Source: Terriglobales bacterium (lineage in GTDB: Bacteria; Acidobacteriota; Terriglobia; Terriglobales; Acidobacteriaceae). Taken from it: a stretch of 64,000 nucleotides of DNA. Position 1 is the first letter of the stretch, and each line of letters starts with the position of its first letter. Below, piece after piece: positions 26,570 through 36,138 of this stretch. Made by a program: the position numbers and the translations under genes. The stretch lies in contig DASRFP010000002.1 in assembly GCA_035651475.1 (NCBI GenBank), forward strand, positions 46,597 to 110,596, in the 5' to 3' direction. The notes under the pieces are model-generated. The model saw only the letters and a program-made list of their open reading frames with translations. It searched no databases and was not told the origin of the DNA.

Positions 26570-28933
26570 TCAATAGGGCTGGTCCACGTGAAGCGCGGCA
26601 GACACGCGCGAATATTTCGGCGGAGACGACGCGTCGTATTGGCGCAAAAAGTAATCTTCTACTTTTCCCAGACGCGGCAGAGTGAATGCCTGCGTGGTGA
26701 ATCGGCCGGCCAGGTTTTCGTCGCTGGATTGTCCCCAACCTGAGTCGCTCCACCGCACCTCTATGCCACCGCCGGTCAGAGGTGTAATACCCGCGTCAAT
26801 GCTTACCGTCGTCGATGCTACCGCTGTAACCTGCGCCGCTGTTAAGTCCGGCAACACCGTAGTGCCCACCTGCGCATTGGTGATTTGCGGGATGTCGATC
26901 GGTATAGCGATCTTTGCTGTATCGAACTCAAACGAGGGTGTTCTTGCCGCATCATCGGCGAACTGAATCTCGTACTGACTGTGCTCGCCTGCGAGATCGC
27001 TGAATGTGATTTCTACTGCTCGCACAATGGCCTGGAAATTTGCCGAGCATGAAGGCACGTTTACATTCAGCCCATCGCCGGCAAAGATATCTTGAGCACC
27101 ACCAGGAAGGAAGTCGCTCCAGACTTTGTATTTACCTGTCCAGCCCGCAGTTGAGCCATTTGAAAGAATTGCAAGTGCCGCATTTTCGCAATCCACGCTG
27201 GTTCGCGCGGGCGGGGATTTCAGGTGGCGCACCGAGCTTCGCACACCGTTATCAATCCCATGCTGGATTGAGGCGATGCTCGCCGGATTCGTCACTCGCG
27301 CAAATGCCCGGCCTGCGGTCATAAGCAGAGCACTGCCGCGTTGTCCACGGTAGTGGGCTTCAATCTGCTGATTCAGCGCGGGGACGTACTCGCTGAAGAA
27401 ATCAAGCGTCGTTCCAGAACCGACATTGCACTCGCATCCGGCCGAAAGCGGACCTACAAGCCGCGTGACAAATGGCTGATCCTTCAGCGCTGTGCGCACT
27501 TCGACGTCAATCGCCTGCATCAGCCGCGTGAAGGAAATATTGCAATACAAATTCTGTGAGTTCACCACCGCATAGGTGCAGAATGCCGCGGCCTGAGCGA
27601 CTCCATCGTACAAAATCGTTCCGGGCGCAAGCGTTGTAGCAGGATTGCTGGGGTCGATCTCCTGCACTTCGAGCACGATGCGCACAGCCGCACCAATTTG
27701 AGCGCCGCCAATTCCGCTGCCCGCTGGGTTCGCCGCGCAGTGAAATGTTTGTTGCCGGCGATAAATATCCTGGGAGAAAATTCGCGTGCTCAGCACGTAA
27801 TGATGAGTGCTAACAATGTTCACCGTCGCGCCAGTGGAGGTTCCATTGATGAGCGCCTGAATCTGCGACCCGGAACCGGCCGGCGAGATCTGAAATCCAG
27901 CAATGCAGTTTGCACTCGAGATGCTGCCAAGATACAAGGCGCCAAGAACTCCGGTCGATACATTTGAAGTGAAGACCACGTCGCCGTGCTCAATGACCCA
28001 ACTTCCGCCGAGTTCGACGTTCTCCACAAAGATGACCGTGGTTGCTCCGTCAGTTCCGCTGCCACCGGCGACTTGCAAGCGACCGTTTGCCACAACGATT
28101 GCATTCGCCGGATCGGCCTTCGCCCAGCGAGTAGGGTCGAGCGTGGAACCGGCATATTCTTCGTTGAAAATGGTCGTGCCGCTTTTCGTGAACGGCGTCT
28201 GCGAAAGGTAGAACCGAGTCGTGAGTCCGTCGCCAATGAAGTAGTCGCGAACGTACGCCTCGGGTTCGATCTCGCCCAGCACGCTGACATCGTTGACGAT
28301 CGCGTTTGTGGGTTGAAGAGTGAGCCCTTGCGGCGAAAAATTCGGGTCCGATTCGTTCAAGGCGTAAGTAGCAGCGCCAATCGGAGTGAATATAACCGTG
28401 CCATTCAGCGTGCGATAACTGGCGCGCGCTTCGGTCGCGATATGCGCCGCGTGTTGCGACCATGTTTCGTTCGGGTCGGGGATGTAGCGCGCAATGGTAT
28501 CGAGATCCTGCACCGCACTCGTGTCGAACCCTCCGGGAATTGCATCTTCGGTGAGTTGCCGGAGCGCATCCCCTGCGCGCCGCGCGACAAAAGGACTGCG
28601 CGCCGAAAGCCGTTTGCGATCAAGCAGAATTTCATCGCTTTCCGCGACGAAGTTGTAGCGATACATTGCCCCGCGCTCGCCCCATCCGAGGTATTCGTAC
28701 TCGGGCTCGCTGACGATGTAGCCGGTGAACAGGTATTGGCCGTTTGTGCGAGCGAACGTGATTCGTCCTCCGCGAACCGGCACGGTAAAATTCGCCCCCG
28801 CCGATAGCAAGCTGAAGTGCAAGAGCGAAGGCTGATTCAGTTGGCGCATGAGCTTGGGCAAACGTGATGCATCGATATCAGAGGTGTAATCGCGCAGGCC
28901 AACGCCATCGAGATTGTCGATTTGAAGTTTCAT
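26570..28933 (-). CDS. large virion-associated protein, putative tail hub / host-recognition protein
   Basis: 787 aa with no signal peptide. It sits at the distal end of the structural operon. The N-terminus (MKLQIDNLDGVGLRDYTSDID..) resembles tail hub/baseplate-type proteins only loosely. Confidence 0.4.
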   Translation of the reverse strand: MKLQIDNLDGVGLRDYTSDIDASRLPKLMRQLNQPSLLHFSLLSAGANFTVPVRGGRITFARTNGQYLFTGYIVSEPEYEYLGWGERGAMYRYNFVAESDEILLDRKRLSARSPFVARRAGDALRQLTEDAIPGGFDTSAVQDLDTIARYIPDPNETWSQHAAHIATEARASYRTLNGTVIFTPIGAATYALNESDPNFSPQGLTLQPTNAIVNDVSVLGEIEPEAYVRDYFIGDGLTTRFYLSQTPFTKSGTTIFNEEYAGSTLDPTRWAKADPANAIVVANGRLQVAGGSGTDGATTVIFVENVELGGSWVIEHGDVVFTSNVSTGVLGALYLGSISSANCIAGFQISPAGSGSQIQALINGTSTGATVNIVSTHHYVLSTRIFSQDIYRRQQTFHCAANPAGSGIGGAQIGAAVRIVLEVQEIDPSNPATTLAPGTILYDGVAQAAAFCTYAVVNSQNLYCNISFTRLMQAIDVEVRTALKDQPFVTRLVGPLSAGCECNVGSGTTLDFFSEYVPALNQQIEAHYRGQRGSALLMTAGRAFARVTNPASIASIQHGIDNGVRSSVRHLKSPPARTSVDCENAALAILSNGSTAGWTGKYKVWSDFLPGGAQDIFAGDGLNVNVPSCSANFQAIVRAVEITFSDLAGEHSQYEIQFADDAARTPSFEFDTAKIAIPIDIPQITNAQVGTTVLPDLTAAQVTAVASTTVSIDAGITPLTGGGIEVRWSDSGWGQSSDENLAGRFTTQAFTLPRLGKVEDYFLRQYDASSPPKYSRVSAALHVDQPY

Positions 28934-28995
28934 TTTTATAAATTGCGTGTCGGGATCTGTTGAGATCGATTACAGCAACGACGAAATGCCGGCAG

Positions 28996-30009
28996 CTAAT
29001 ACACTCCCGCCATGGCCGCCGGAAAATAACTTCGGTAGCAAATGGCAATCTGGCCATCGTTTTCGTCGGTGTGCGGAAGTGCGATGAATGCGGCATGCAG
29101 CGCCGTGGAGGAAATCGGCTTTGAGATTTCGATTTGCTTTTCTCTTTGCACCGTAGGAGGCAAGCTCGTCGTAGTCGGATGCACGGTCGAGGTCGGGCTC
29201 AAGCGGGGATAATGGAAGCAAATTCTTCCACCTGATTGTTCCTCGAGTACGAACAACGCCGACCACTCCTGAAAGAAAGCTCCGCCTTCACGATCCACGA
29301 ATGCAATAACTTTCTGTACACTCATGCCGGGCGCGGGAGTTCCTCCCAATAATGGCTGCGCGAGCACTAATGCAGTTGTGGTGAGTTGCGCAACGCGGCC
29401 GATATTAAAGGTGACGCGGCGAATGTAATTCGCGTCCTGGTTCACATCGCTAGGGCTGTTTACGTACGCAGCAGAAATTCCGGCGCCAACATATCCGGTT
29501 TGCTGTTGATAGTCGGCATCGACGGCAACCAGGTCGCCGAGGGAAAATCCATTCACCACCCCAACGCCCAGGTTGATCTGCGTCGCTGAGGATCCCGAGA
29601 GAACGGCCGCGGCGGCCAAAGGCGTTCCACCCGAGGGCTGCGCCGTTGCGTTTGGATCAGATGCAAGCACGTTCATGTGCTCCGAGCCGCCGCCGAGCGC
29701 CATCTGCAACTTTCCCCATTCGCGAAAGTCAAACTCGATGCGCGCGTCGAGAATGCCGCGAAATTGCGCAGCCGCCGTGCCGCGAACTCCGGCCCGCAAG
29801 GGTTCGTTCGGAGTAAGGCTGATGCGCTGAAAGTTATCAATCCAACCGAGGTCGATCCAGGGCGCGGGCGGCGAATCAAGGGAGAACATGCCGTACTTGC
29901 CAGGGTCGAAAAGCGCCGGAGCTTCGGTCGTGCGGTTCACCGGCGCAAAGTAAGCGCGCACACGCTGGGTCACCGGAACCATTCCGGCGCGAATTGCAAA
30001 GCTGCTCAT
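28996..30009 (-). CDS. virion structural protein (possible tail tube/tubular protein)
   Basis: The ATG at 30009 (MSSFAIRAG..) is preferred, because the track's upstream extension runs into the intergenic palindrome. The call rests on position after the head-tail genes. No diagnostic motif. Confidence 0.35.
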   Translation of the reverse strand: MSSFAIRAGMVPVTQRVRAYFAPVNRTTEAPALFDPGKYGMFSLDSPPAPWIDLGWIDNFQRISLTPNEPLRAGVRGTAAAQFRGILDARIEFDFREWGKLQMALGGGSEHMNVLASDPNATAQPSGGTPLAAAAVLSGSSATQINLGVGVVNGFSLGDLVAVDADYQQQTGYVGAGISAAYVNSPSDVNQDANYIRRVTFNIGRVAQLTTTALVLAQPLLGGTPAPGMSVQKVIAFVDREGGAFFQEWSALFVLEEQSGGRICFHYPRLSPTSTVHPTTTSLPPTVQREKQIEISKPISSTALHAAFIALPHTDENDGQIAICYRSYFPAAMAGVY

Positions 30010-30084
30010 GATGGATTGTCCGTTTCGTGATTGACAGTTCGGGCAGTTAGCATTCAGCACTCAGCATTCAGCCACCCGAAAGCC

Positions 30085-30177
30085 TCTATATTCCGAGTCG
30101 CTTGCGCGGTAATGAACCTGTTGTTCTCATGCGAAAAGCAGGTCACTCGGAACTGAAAAGGTCCTCGCAATGACAGC
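30085..30177. repeat. MITE-like element, copy 2 (degenerate left end)
   Basis: TCTATATTCCGAG...GAACCTGTTGTTCTCATGCGAAAAGCAGGTCAC...GTCCTCGCAATGACAG. It is nested inside a longer palindrome whose arms are at 30049-30074 and 30187-30205. Confidence 0.6.
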
Positions 30178-30208
30178 AAGTTGGTTTGGCTGAATGCTGA
30201 TTGCTTTC

Positions 30209-30736
30209 TCAGAAATTCGTTTCCGAAAAGAAAAACACCTTCAAACTCGCGGTGCGTTCAAGTCGCACGCCGGTCGTGCCTCGGGGCAGAGCTTCGGTTC
30301 GCGGAGCCTCGCTGCCAACGACTTTCCCCAACACCGGAGTGGTCCATACAATACTTGTTCCCAATGGCGCCGGCGTCATTTGGGTGTAGTCGAGCTTCAG
30401 CGTAGTCGCAGGCAAGCAAATGCTGATGAGTTCTGTATCCAGCGCTGCCAGCGTACGTCCGCGGTCCACGCCTGATTCCACCGTTCCGAAGGTGTGATAC
30501 GAAATCAGGCACTCGAGCGAAAACATCGCGCGGTCTCCGGTCGGCTGAACAGCTTGGGCGGCTCCCCACTCGATGTAGAACGCATCCGGCAGTGGCTTTA
30601 CCGGAATGACTGCCTCGTTTTCGGCGGCGACAACTGCCGGTCGAGTGACTCCGTTCAGAGTAATCATGCGCTGAGGGCTCAGCGCCGCCAGACGGTTGCG
30701 CAACGTGATGTAGAAAGTGTCTTTGGTGTATTGCAT
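30209..30736 (-). CDS. hypothetical phage-like protein (head-tail joining/tail completion position)
   Basis: 175 aa. The call rests on position only. Confidence 0.35.
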   Translation of the reverse strand: MQYTKDTFYITLRNRLAALSPQRMITLNGVTRPAVVAAENEAVIPVKPLPDAFYIEWGAAQAVQPTGDRAMFSLECLISYHTFGTVESGVDRGRTLAALDTELISICLPATTLKLDYTQMTPAPLGTSIVWTTPVLGKVVGSEAPRTEALPRGTTGVRLERTASLKVFFFSETNF

Positions 30737-30855
30737 AGCGGCTTTCAGCCGTCAGCTATTCAGCCTTCAGCTAGCGGCGCAAATGTATGAAGTTTTTGTT
30801 GAGAGCTGAGATTTTGAGGCATTGCCGAGCAAGCTGAGCTGATGAGAGGTGAGTG

Positions 30856-31254
30856 CTATTCCACTCCCATTACCCGATACAAATAAGCGGTGCCCGCGAA
30901 ATAATCAGTGCTTACGCTCTCGATGTGGAACAAATCGGCTTGAAACTGAATGCCGAGGGCTTGATCGAATAAAGCTTCGGTCGATAGCGCACCTTCAGCT
31001 TCGACCACAATCGCAATTGCAGAAGCGGAAATAAGAAATTCCAGCCGCACGCGTGGCCCGGTTGTGGGCGCCGGAAGGCTGCGAACTACTACCGGGGAAA
31101 TGATCACCTGTTGCACACCGGGATCGCTTAATCCCAATTGCGTGCCGTCGGTTGCGCTCTCCGGCAGAGGCAATACAAGCGCGATCTGGTCTCCGCCAAG
31201 TGCGCGCAACAGTGCGTCGGTGGCGCGCAACACCGCAGTTCCTGCTATGGCCAT
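30856..31254 (-). CDS. hypothetical phage-like protein (head-tail joining position)
   Basis: 132 aa. The call rests on position only. Confidence 0.35.
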   Translation of the reverse strand: MAIAGTAVLRATDALLRALGGDQIALVLPLPESATDGTQLGLSDPGVQQVIISPVVVRSLPAPTTGPRVRLEFLISASAIAIVVEAEGALSTEALFDQALGIQFQADLFHIESVSTDYFAGTAYLYRVMGVE

Positions 31255-31284
31255 GGTTAATCTCGTTTTTGGTGTCTGGTTTCG

Positions 31285-31911
31285 TTATCTGGTTTTCTGG
31301 GCCACAAACGGCGCCAGCAGCGCGCGAACAGTAGCGTCGAGCAGATCGGGGGTAAAGTAATCCATTCGAAGCTGGTTCATGTGCCCGGTCTTCACGTTCA
31401 CTGCAGGCGTGGCCTGCAGGTTCCGAACGATCTGCGCGCAGGCATATTTCACTGCATCAGGGATGGTCGCCCAGCCTGCCGTGTAAGTCAGATCAACTTC
31501 GCTATACCAGAGTCCCATCAGGTTGAGCGGCAACGTAAGTTCACCGGTCGCCGGATCGACATCAATCGACGAGGGATCGATGTTGCTCCACGTTCCCGGT
31601 AGTCCGAACATAAGGGCGACGTCGAGCCGCAAATCACTGAATGGCCACTCCCCACGACGCGGCATCGTGTAGCGTCCCCGACCTGAAACAATCGACGATG
31701 TAGCGGGCGCCAGCGGCGCAAGCGGCAAGTACGTGAGGTGGACCGTATTGCGGTCCGGCACCATGCGGATCCTCTCTTCGTACTGCGCAATTGCCAGCGT
31801 CGCGCGACGGCAATGTGCATCGATCAGCGACGACGCCGCGCCAACGAGCGCCGGATCTGCCGTCGTATCGATTCCGTAAAGTTGATATTCGGTTGGATCG
31901 AGATAGTTCAC
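31285..31911 (-). CDS. putative head-tail connector/adaptor protein
   Basis: 208 aa, immediately after the capsid gene. The N-terminus MNYLDPTEYQLYGIDTTADPALVGAASSLIDAHCRR resembles gp6-type connector N-termini. Confidence 0.4.
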   Translation of the reverse strand: MNYLDPTEYQLYGIDTTADPALVGAASSLIDAHCRRATLAIAQYEERIRMVPDRNTVHLTYLPLAPLAPATSSIVSGRGRYTMPRRGEWPFSDLRLDVALMFGLPGTWSNIDPSSIDVDPATGELTLPLNLMGLWYSEVDLTYTAGWATIPDAVKYACAQIVRNLQATPAVNVKTGHMNQLRMDYFTPDLLDATVRALLAPFVAQKTR

Positions 31912-32034
31912 AGATTAGCTCCTAACTCTTAGGCTTTAGCTACCAACTCCATCGCGTCCGAGTGTTGCGCCGAATCGGCACTGTCACTGCTAGCATCTGT
32001 GGTCGACCGAACTCCCTGAGTACCCTTAAAAATG

Positions 32035-32121
32035 CTGTCATTCCGAAGGGATTTATTCCCGAGGAACCTGCTGTTGACATCAACTGCAGATTGCTCGTCG
32101 CTAAAGCGATTCGGAATGACA
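32035..32121. repeat. MITE-like element, copy 3
   Basis: CTGTCATTCCGAA...CGCTAAAGCGATTCGGAATGACA. The internal part closely resembles copy 5 (36988-37077). Confidence 0.65.
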
Positions 32122-32166
32122 TTGAGAGAGGAGGTCAACCGCCAAAGACGTACAACCGAAGATGCT

Positions 32167-33138
32167 TTATCTATCCACTTTCACTTCGTAGTGCGCGTAG
32201 GAAGCGCCTTTCACCACCACGCCTCCAAACTTGACGACAACATTTTGCGAAGCGAGAGTGCCAGGCAATCCGAGCTGGAAAACGCGCGGGTTGGGGTCGG
32301 TCAGCCAGTGATACTCGATCATGTCTTCACTGACGATGTAGGCTGGCAGCACTGCCGTGCCGCTGCCCGGAGTGCCCGTGTAACCGATCGCCCATTCAGG
32401 GATGAGCGGCAGATCGCCGGCTTGTGTGCTCAGCGCCTTTACTCGGAAGCCGCCCGTGATCTCGACCGTGTTAAGGACAACGTTGTAATCCGTCTTCATC
32501 TCGCGGTCGATCAGATCGAGCAGCACCGGGTTGGCGTAAATTGCCGTGGGCTTGACCGCGAAGCTGGAGTTCGAGACCATCTGCGCGACGGTTGACTTCA
32601 GGCCATCGACGATGCTCGCCGAAGTGCCAATCGTGGTGGTGTTTCCGCCGGCTTCGATTTGGCCAATCGCTCCGAAATACTGCAATGTAGTCGGCGTGGA
32701 GAGCGAAGTGTCATTGCCGTTCCACAGCGCTACATCATGCGTGTGCATGATTCCGTCGAGGGCATCAGCCAGGTCTTTCGCCTGCAGATAGGCAAACTGG
32801 CTCTGCTGGCTTCCGACCTCCAGATCAAAAAGGTTGTAGTTGATCTGCGAAACCAGCGCTTTCAACGGCACGCTGCGCTCAGCGCGGTTTGGCGATTGGG
32901 AGGTCGGCGCGATGTTGCGTGGATCGACAAACGCCTGTGCAGCGGTCGGTTGCGGAATCGCCAGCTCCTCGAAAAAGCGCGAGGGATGCCCGGTTGCAGG
33001 CACCTGCTTGATCCGCTGGCCGAAAGCACCACGCCGGCGAACGATGTCGGTGATCTCAGTCTGATATCGGTTAACTTCCACAGCACCCGGCCCAAGGAAA
33101 TCTGCAGCCGCGTGCAGGTCAATAAATTGTCCGTTCAT
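32167..33138 (-). CDS. major capsid protein (HK97-fold type)
   Basis: 323 aa, directly after a coiled-coil scaffold gene and a protease gene. AGGAGA RBS present. The sequence (..DVALWNGNDTSL.., ..VVVKFGGVVVKGASYAHYEV) is consistent with phage coat proteins. Confidence 0.7.
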   Translation of the reverse strand: MNGQFIDLHAAADFLGPGAVEVNRYQTEITDIVRRRGAFGQRIKQVPATGHPSRFFEELAIPQPTAAQAFVDPRNIAPTSQSPNRAERSVPLKALVSQINYNLFDLEVGSQQSQFAYLQAKDLADALDGIMHTHDVALWNGNDTSLSTPTTLQYFGAIGQIEAGGNTTTIGTSASIVDGLKSTVAQMVSNSSFAVKPTAIYANPVLLDLIDREMKTDYNVVLNTVEITGGFRVKALSTQAGDLPLIPEWAIGYTGTPGSGTAVLPAYIVSEDMIEYHWLTDPNPRVFQLGLPGTLASQNVVVKFGGVVVKGASYAHYEVKVDR

Positions 33139-33193
33139 GTTTTGTGTTTTCTCCTGGAAAAAGATGTTTTCGCTTCAAAAGATTTATGTCCTT

Positions 33194-33273
33194 GAAAAAA
33201 AGCCATCAGCTATCAGCCACAGACCTTTCAGGCAGGAAGTTAGGGCTTTCCTGACGGCTGATGACTGATGGCT
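33194..33273 (-). terminator. long hairpin plus U7 (intrinsic terminator-like) between the scaffold and capsid genes
   Basis: On the minus strand, AGCCAUCAGUCAUCAGCC (33273-33256) pairs with GGCUGAUAGCUGAUGGCU (33218-33201) at 17 of 18 positions, counting one G-U pair. A run of 7 U follows (33200-33194). Confidence 0.6.
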
Positions 33274-33283
33274 GACTGCTGTA

Positions 33284-33706
33284 TTACTCGATCATTCCTG
33301 CGCGCGCCATCTCGGCTTTCACCGCGATGCGCTGTTCCACGCTGAGTGATTGCAGCGTTTTATCGAGGACGCCGAATTCAAATTTCTCGCCGGCTTCGGC
33401 ACCATTCTTGGCGAGTAGAGCGGAGAGAAAGGGCGAGAGAGTCTTGCGAGTGGCACGCGCCGCCTGGGCTTTGAGGTCCGAGTTGGCCTTTTCCAGTTCG
33501 GCTAGACGGCGCTCGAGTTCACGCGAACTCGCCGCGTTAACGTCGACCCCGCGCTCCTCGACGGCGGCGACGATGCGGTCGACTTTCGCGCCTAGTGCTT
33601 CGTGTTGGGCGTCCAGCTTTCCCAGGACGCGGTCCAGAGTTTCAGCCGCGGTCGCCAAACGATCGGCAGCAGCGGCCAGTTGATCCAATGTTTCGTTCTG
33701 TTCCAT
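33284..33706 (-). CDS. putative capsid scaffolding protein
   Basis: 140 aa, almost entirely A/E/L/R-rich coiled coil (..LERRLAELEKANSDLKAQAARA..). It lies between the protease and capsid genes. Confidence 0.6.
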   Translation of the reverse strand: MEQNETLDQLAAAADRLATAAETLDRVLGKLDAQHEALGAKVDRIVAAVEERGVDVNAASSRELERRLAELEKANSDLKAQAARATRKTLSPFLSALLAKNGAEAGEKFEFGVLDKTLQSLSVEQRIAVKAEMARAGMIE

Positions 33707-33767
33707 GAGTTCTCCTTATTTAGCTGTCAGTCATCAGCCATGCAGCCATCAGCAAACCAGTTGTGCG

Positions 33768-33860
33768 CTGTTATTCCGACCTGCTTTAGCAGCGAGGAAT
33801 CTGCTGTTCGTATTCGAGAAAAGCAGGTTCCCTCAGACTTAAAAGTCCTCGGAATGACAA
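33768..33860. repeat. MITE-like element, copy 4
   Basis: CTGTTATTCCGAC...GAGAAAAGCAGGTTCCCTCAGACTTAAAAGTCCTCGGAATGACAA. The right half is near-identical to copy 1. Confidence 0.65.
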
Positions 33861-33907
33861 CGGGTTTAGTTTTTTTGAATGCTGATAGCTGAAGGCTGGC
33901 AGCTGTG

Positions 33908-34444
33908 TTATTCCAACTCGATCCACGTATTCCGATAGGCGGCCTTGTCGCGGCGCAGAATGGCAGCACCGGTGAAGGTGACGCGTGTTAGGGTCCAGAT
34001 CTTTGCGCGAGTATCCGCTACGCTTGCATCGGCGATTTCGTACGACATACCCAACGGATTCTGGGGCCGCTTGCGACCAGAGCCGCTTGCGTGAATGAAT
34101 CCTGCTTCGATTTGTTGCACGATTTCGGGGAAGTCCTTGCCATAGAGATAGCCGCTAAGTTCCAGCTCCTTGCCGACGATTTCAGCGCGAGTAATTACGC
34201 CAACCTTGCGCCGTGCGTCATGGCGGTCGAAGCTTGGCGAATAATCAAGCGCCATGCCAAGTAGTGATGGCAAAGCAAGCTGTGCGGCCGCGCGCGTGAG
34301 AACAACGCGATGCCCGCGCGAACCGGCCGGCGGTTTGTCAGAAGGCGTGTCCACTAATGTCAGCACGCCGCGAAATGGTTCCCGGTTCGGATGCCCATGC
34401 ACCGCCGGCATCGCAATCGCCATAGATGAAAGTTGAAGGGTCAT
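33908..34444 (-). CDS. putative prohead (capsid maturation) protease
   Basis: The ATG at 34444 (MTLQLSSMAI..) is preferred, because the track's N-terminal extension crosses an intergenic palindrome. It lies between the portal and scaffold genes. His (..RHDARRKVG..) and Ser (..GMSYE..) candidates are present. Family membership was not verified. Confidence 0.5.
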   Translation of the reverse strand: MTLQLSSMAIAMPAVHGHPNREPFRGVLTLVDTPSDKPPAGSRGHRVVLTRAAAQLALPSLLGMALDYSPSFDRHDARRKVGVITRAEIVGKELELSGYLYGKDFPEIVQQIEAGFIHASGSGRKRPQNPLGMSYEIADASVADTRAKIWTLTRVTFTGAAILRRDKAAYRNTWIELE

Positions 34445-34574
34445 AACGTTGGCTCTAGCTCCTGGCTTTTTAGCTGTTAGCGGCGAGCAACGAGCGGTGA
34501 ATAAGCACAACTCCTCGCTCGCGGCTAACTGCTCGCCGCTTGTTTTCTGAGTGCTGATTCTCAATGCTGAGTGT

Positions 34575-35825
34575 TTACACCGGCGGCAGCCCGCGCATTC
34601 TTCTGACTTCGTTCACCGTCAGCACGCCGGACTGAATCAGGATTTGCTGGATTTGCGCCTCTTCCATTGCATCCCCCGGGCCGTCTACATCGGTGAAGAC
34701 GAATTCAAGATCGTCCCATCCCAGCTTTTTCGAAATTGCGCCGCGCGTGAGATATTCCGCCAGCAGTCGCGCGGTCGGCACGATCGCCTGCCGGAAGGCC
34801 TGGTCATTCATTTCGGCTGCTGTCGAGCGGTTCACATCGCGCTCAAGCCCGAGCGCCTGGGGAGGCAAGTCGAACGCATCGGCGATGATGCGCAGCAAAA
34901 ATTCCTGCCATTGCAATCGTAGGTCGGCATCCGTGCCGCCACCGAAGCGCAGGACTTCTGGTTTGTTCTCGACGGAAAGAATTGGCACGCGCCCGGTGCC
35001 TTCAATTTCGTCTTGCCACCAGCGAATCAGGCGTTCGTGGTGATCGGGAGTTAAATTCTGCAACCATAACGCATACTCAACCACCGAGTTGGACGCGAGC
35101 TTGCTGGCGTACCGGTGAGCGCCAAGGAATGCGTTGATCGCCTCGAATGCAACCTCAAGCCGCCCGAGTCCGAACGGCGTGAAGGTGCGCGGGTTCAGGC
35201 GAATGTATATCAGTTCATCATCCGTGAGCTGGATGCCGGCACTCGGCCCGCTTTTTGCTGCCTCCTGCTCGTAACGAATCGACGTCGGCGAGCCATCCCA
35301 ATCGGCGCGGATCTTGATAGTCGCCCCGTCAACTGGCCACAACGCCAGAGGCTGATCGGAATCGCCGGTCGCGTCAACCTCAATGGCTCCGAATCCGCCG
35401 ACGATCAGGTCTTCGAGAACCTGCTCGGACAAAGAGCGGAAGGAGTCATCGGGATTTGGCGAATCAAAGTTGCGCGTGAGAATCCGGACGCGAGCTTCGG
35501 CATCCGGCAATTGCGGCACGCCAGGTTTTGACTGCACCCGCCATCGCATTCCGGCGATGTGGTCTTTAATTGTGTTGATCGCCCGCCGCGCCACCGGAAT
35601 TTCCGAGAAGCGCCGCAGGTTCATCGCCGTGGGCTTGGGCATGGTCTGCGCCCGCGGGCCATAACTGTTGAGTATCGACGGGAGCGGTACCGTTCGGCGC
35701 TTGCTTTCGATCTGTCCGCAAGATGCGCCTCCGGCAAACAGATTTCCAGCTTGTGCCATTCGGTTGACGAAAGACACTCCCGCAATCCGGCGCATTGCGC
35801 CGCGAAACGAGTTTGTAATGTTCAT
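34575..35825 (-). CDS. phage portal protein
   Basis: 416 aa. The call rests on its size, its position ahead of the protease/scaffold/capsid genes and portal-like segments (..LSEQVLEDLIVGGFGAIEV.., ..NSVVEYALWLQNLTP..). Confidence 0.7.
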   Translation of the reverse strand: MNITNSFRGAMRRIAGVSFVNRMAQAGNLFAGGASCGQIESKRRTVPLPSILNSYGPRAQTMPKPTAMNLRRFSEIPVARRAINTIKDHIAGMRWRVQSKPGVPQLPDAEARVRILTRNFDSPNPDDSFRSLSEQVLEDLIVGGFGAIEVDATGDSDQPLALWPVDGATIKIRADWDGSPTSIRYEQEAAKSGPSAGIQLTDDELIYIRLNPRTFTPFGLGRLEVAFEAINAFLGAHRYASKLASNSVVEYALWLQNLTPDHHERLIRWWQDEIEGTGRVPILSVENKPEVLRFGGGTDADLRLQWQEFLLRIIADAFDLPPQALGLERDVNRSTAAEMNDQAFRQAIVPTARLLAEYLTRGAISKKLGWDDLEFVFTDVDGPGDAMEEAQIQQILIQSGVLTVNEVRRMRGLPPV

Positions 35826-35893
35826 GGGATTAAGAAAAACTTTCAGCTATCAAGTATCAGCCAACAAACCTTGGCTTAATGCGGAGTCAATCT

Positions 35894-36109
35894 TTAGTAT
35901 CTTTCTGTGCCTATTGCGCGATGAAGTCTTGATAGCGCTCGTAATAGGGCTGACCGGTCTAGTTTGTACCTCGTCGTAAATGCGGAGCCTTCTCCGCGCT
36001 TGTCTTGTGCCACACGTCTTATCGGAGAATTGGTGATACCGGTGTACAGAGTCTTAAAGCGATTGCTCATGATGTACACAAAATAGCTTTCCCGCGGAAC
36101 CAAGTACAT
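35894..36109 (-). pseudogene. decayed GIY-YIG nuclease-family gene
   Basis: The N-terminus YFVYIMSNRFKTLYTGITNSPIRRVAQDKRGEGSAFTTRYKLDR fits the small GIY-YIG family. After ~35953 the family-like continuation (..YYERYQDFIAQ*AQKDTKD*) is in another frame and contains stops, so the region with the catalytic Glu is lost. Confidence 0.6.
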
Positions 36110-36138
36110 GGTCCTTCGCTTCGCTCCGGATGACTCAA

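Noticed and set aside
26440-26575. Possible CRISPR array suggested by the repeated CAGCCAT / AGCT units
   Set aside because: The period is 7 nt with no unique spacers and the runs are only 25-45 nt long. No cas genes are in the window. They behave as arms of palindromes, not as repeat-spacer arrays.
33908-34564. Longer N-terminal extensions offered by the ORF track (33908..34564, 28996..30060, 47630..48073, 47047..47763, 37103..38002, 682.., 3131.., 5033.., 14329.., 15023.., 25660.., 54644..)
   Set aside because: The extensions run through intergenic palindromes or terminators, overlap upstream genes, or lack an RBS. Internal ATG/GTG starts with an RBS or a signal peptide give more sensible proteins.
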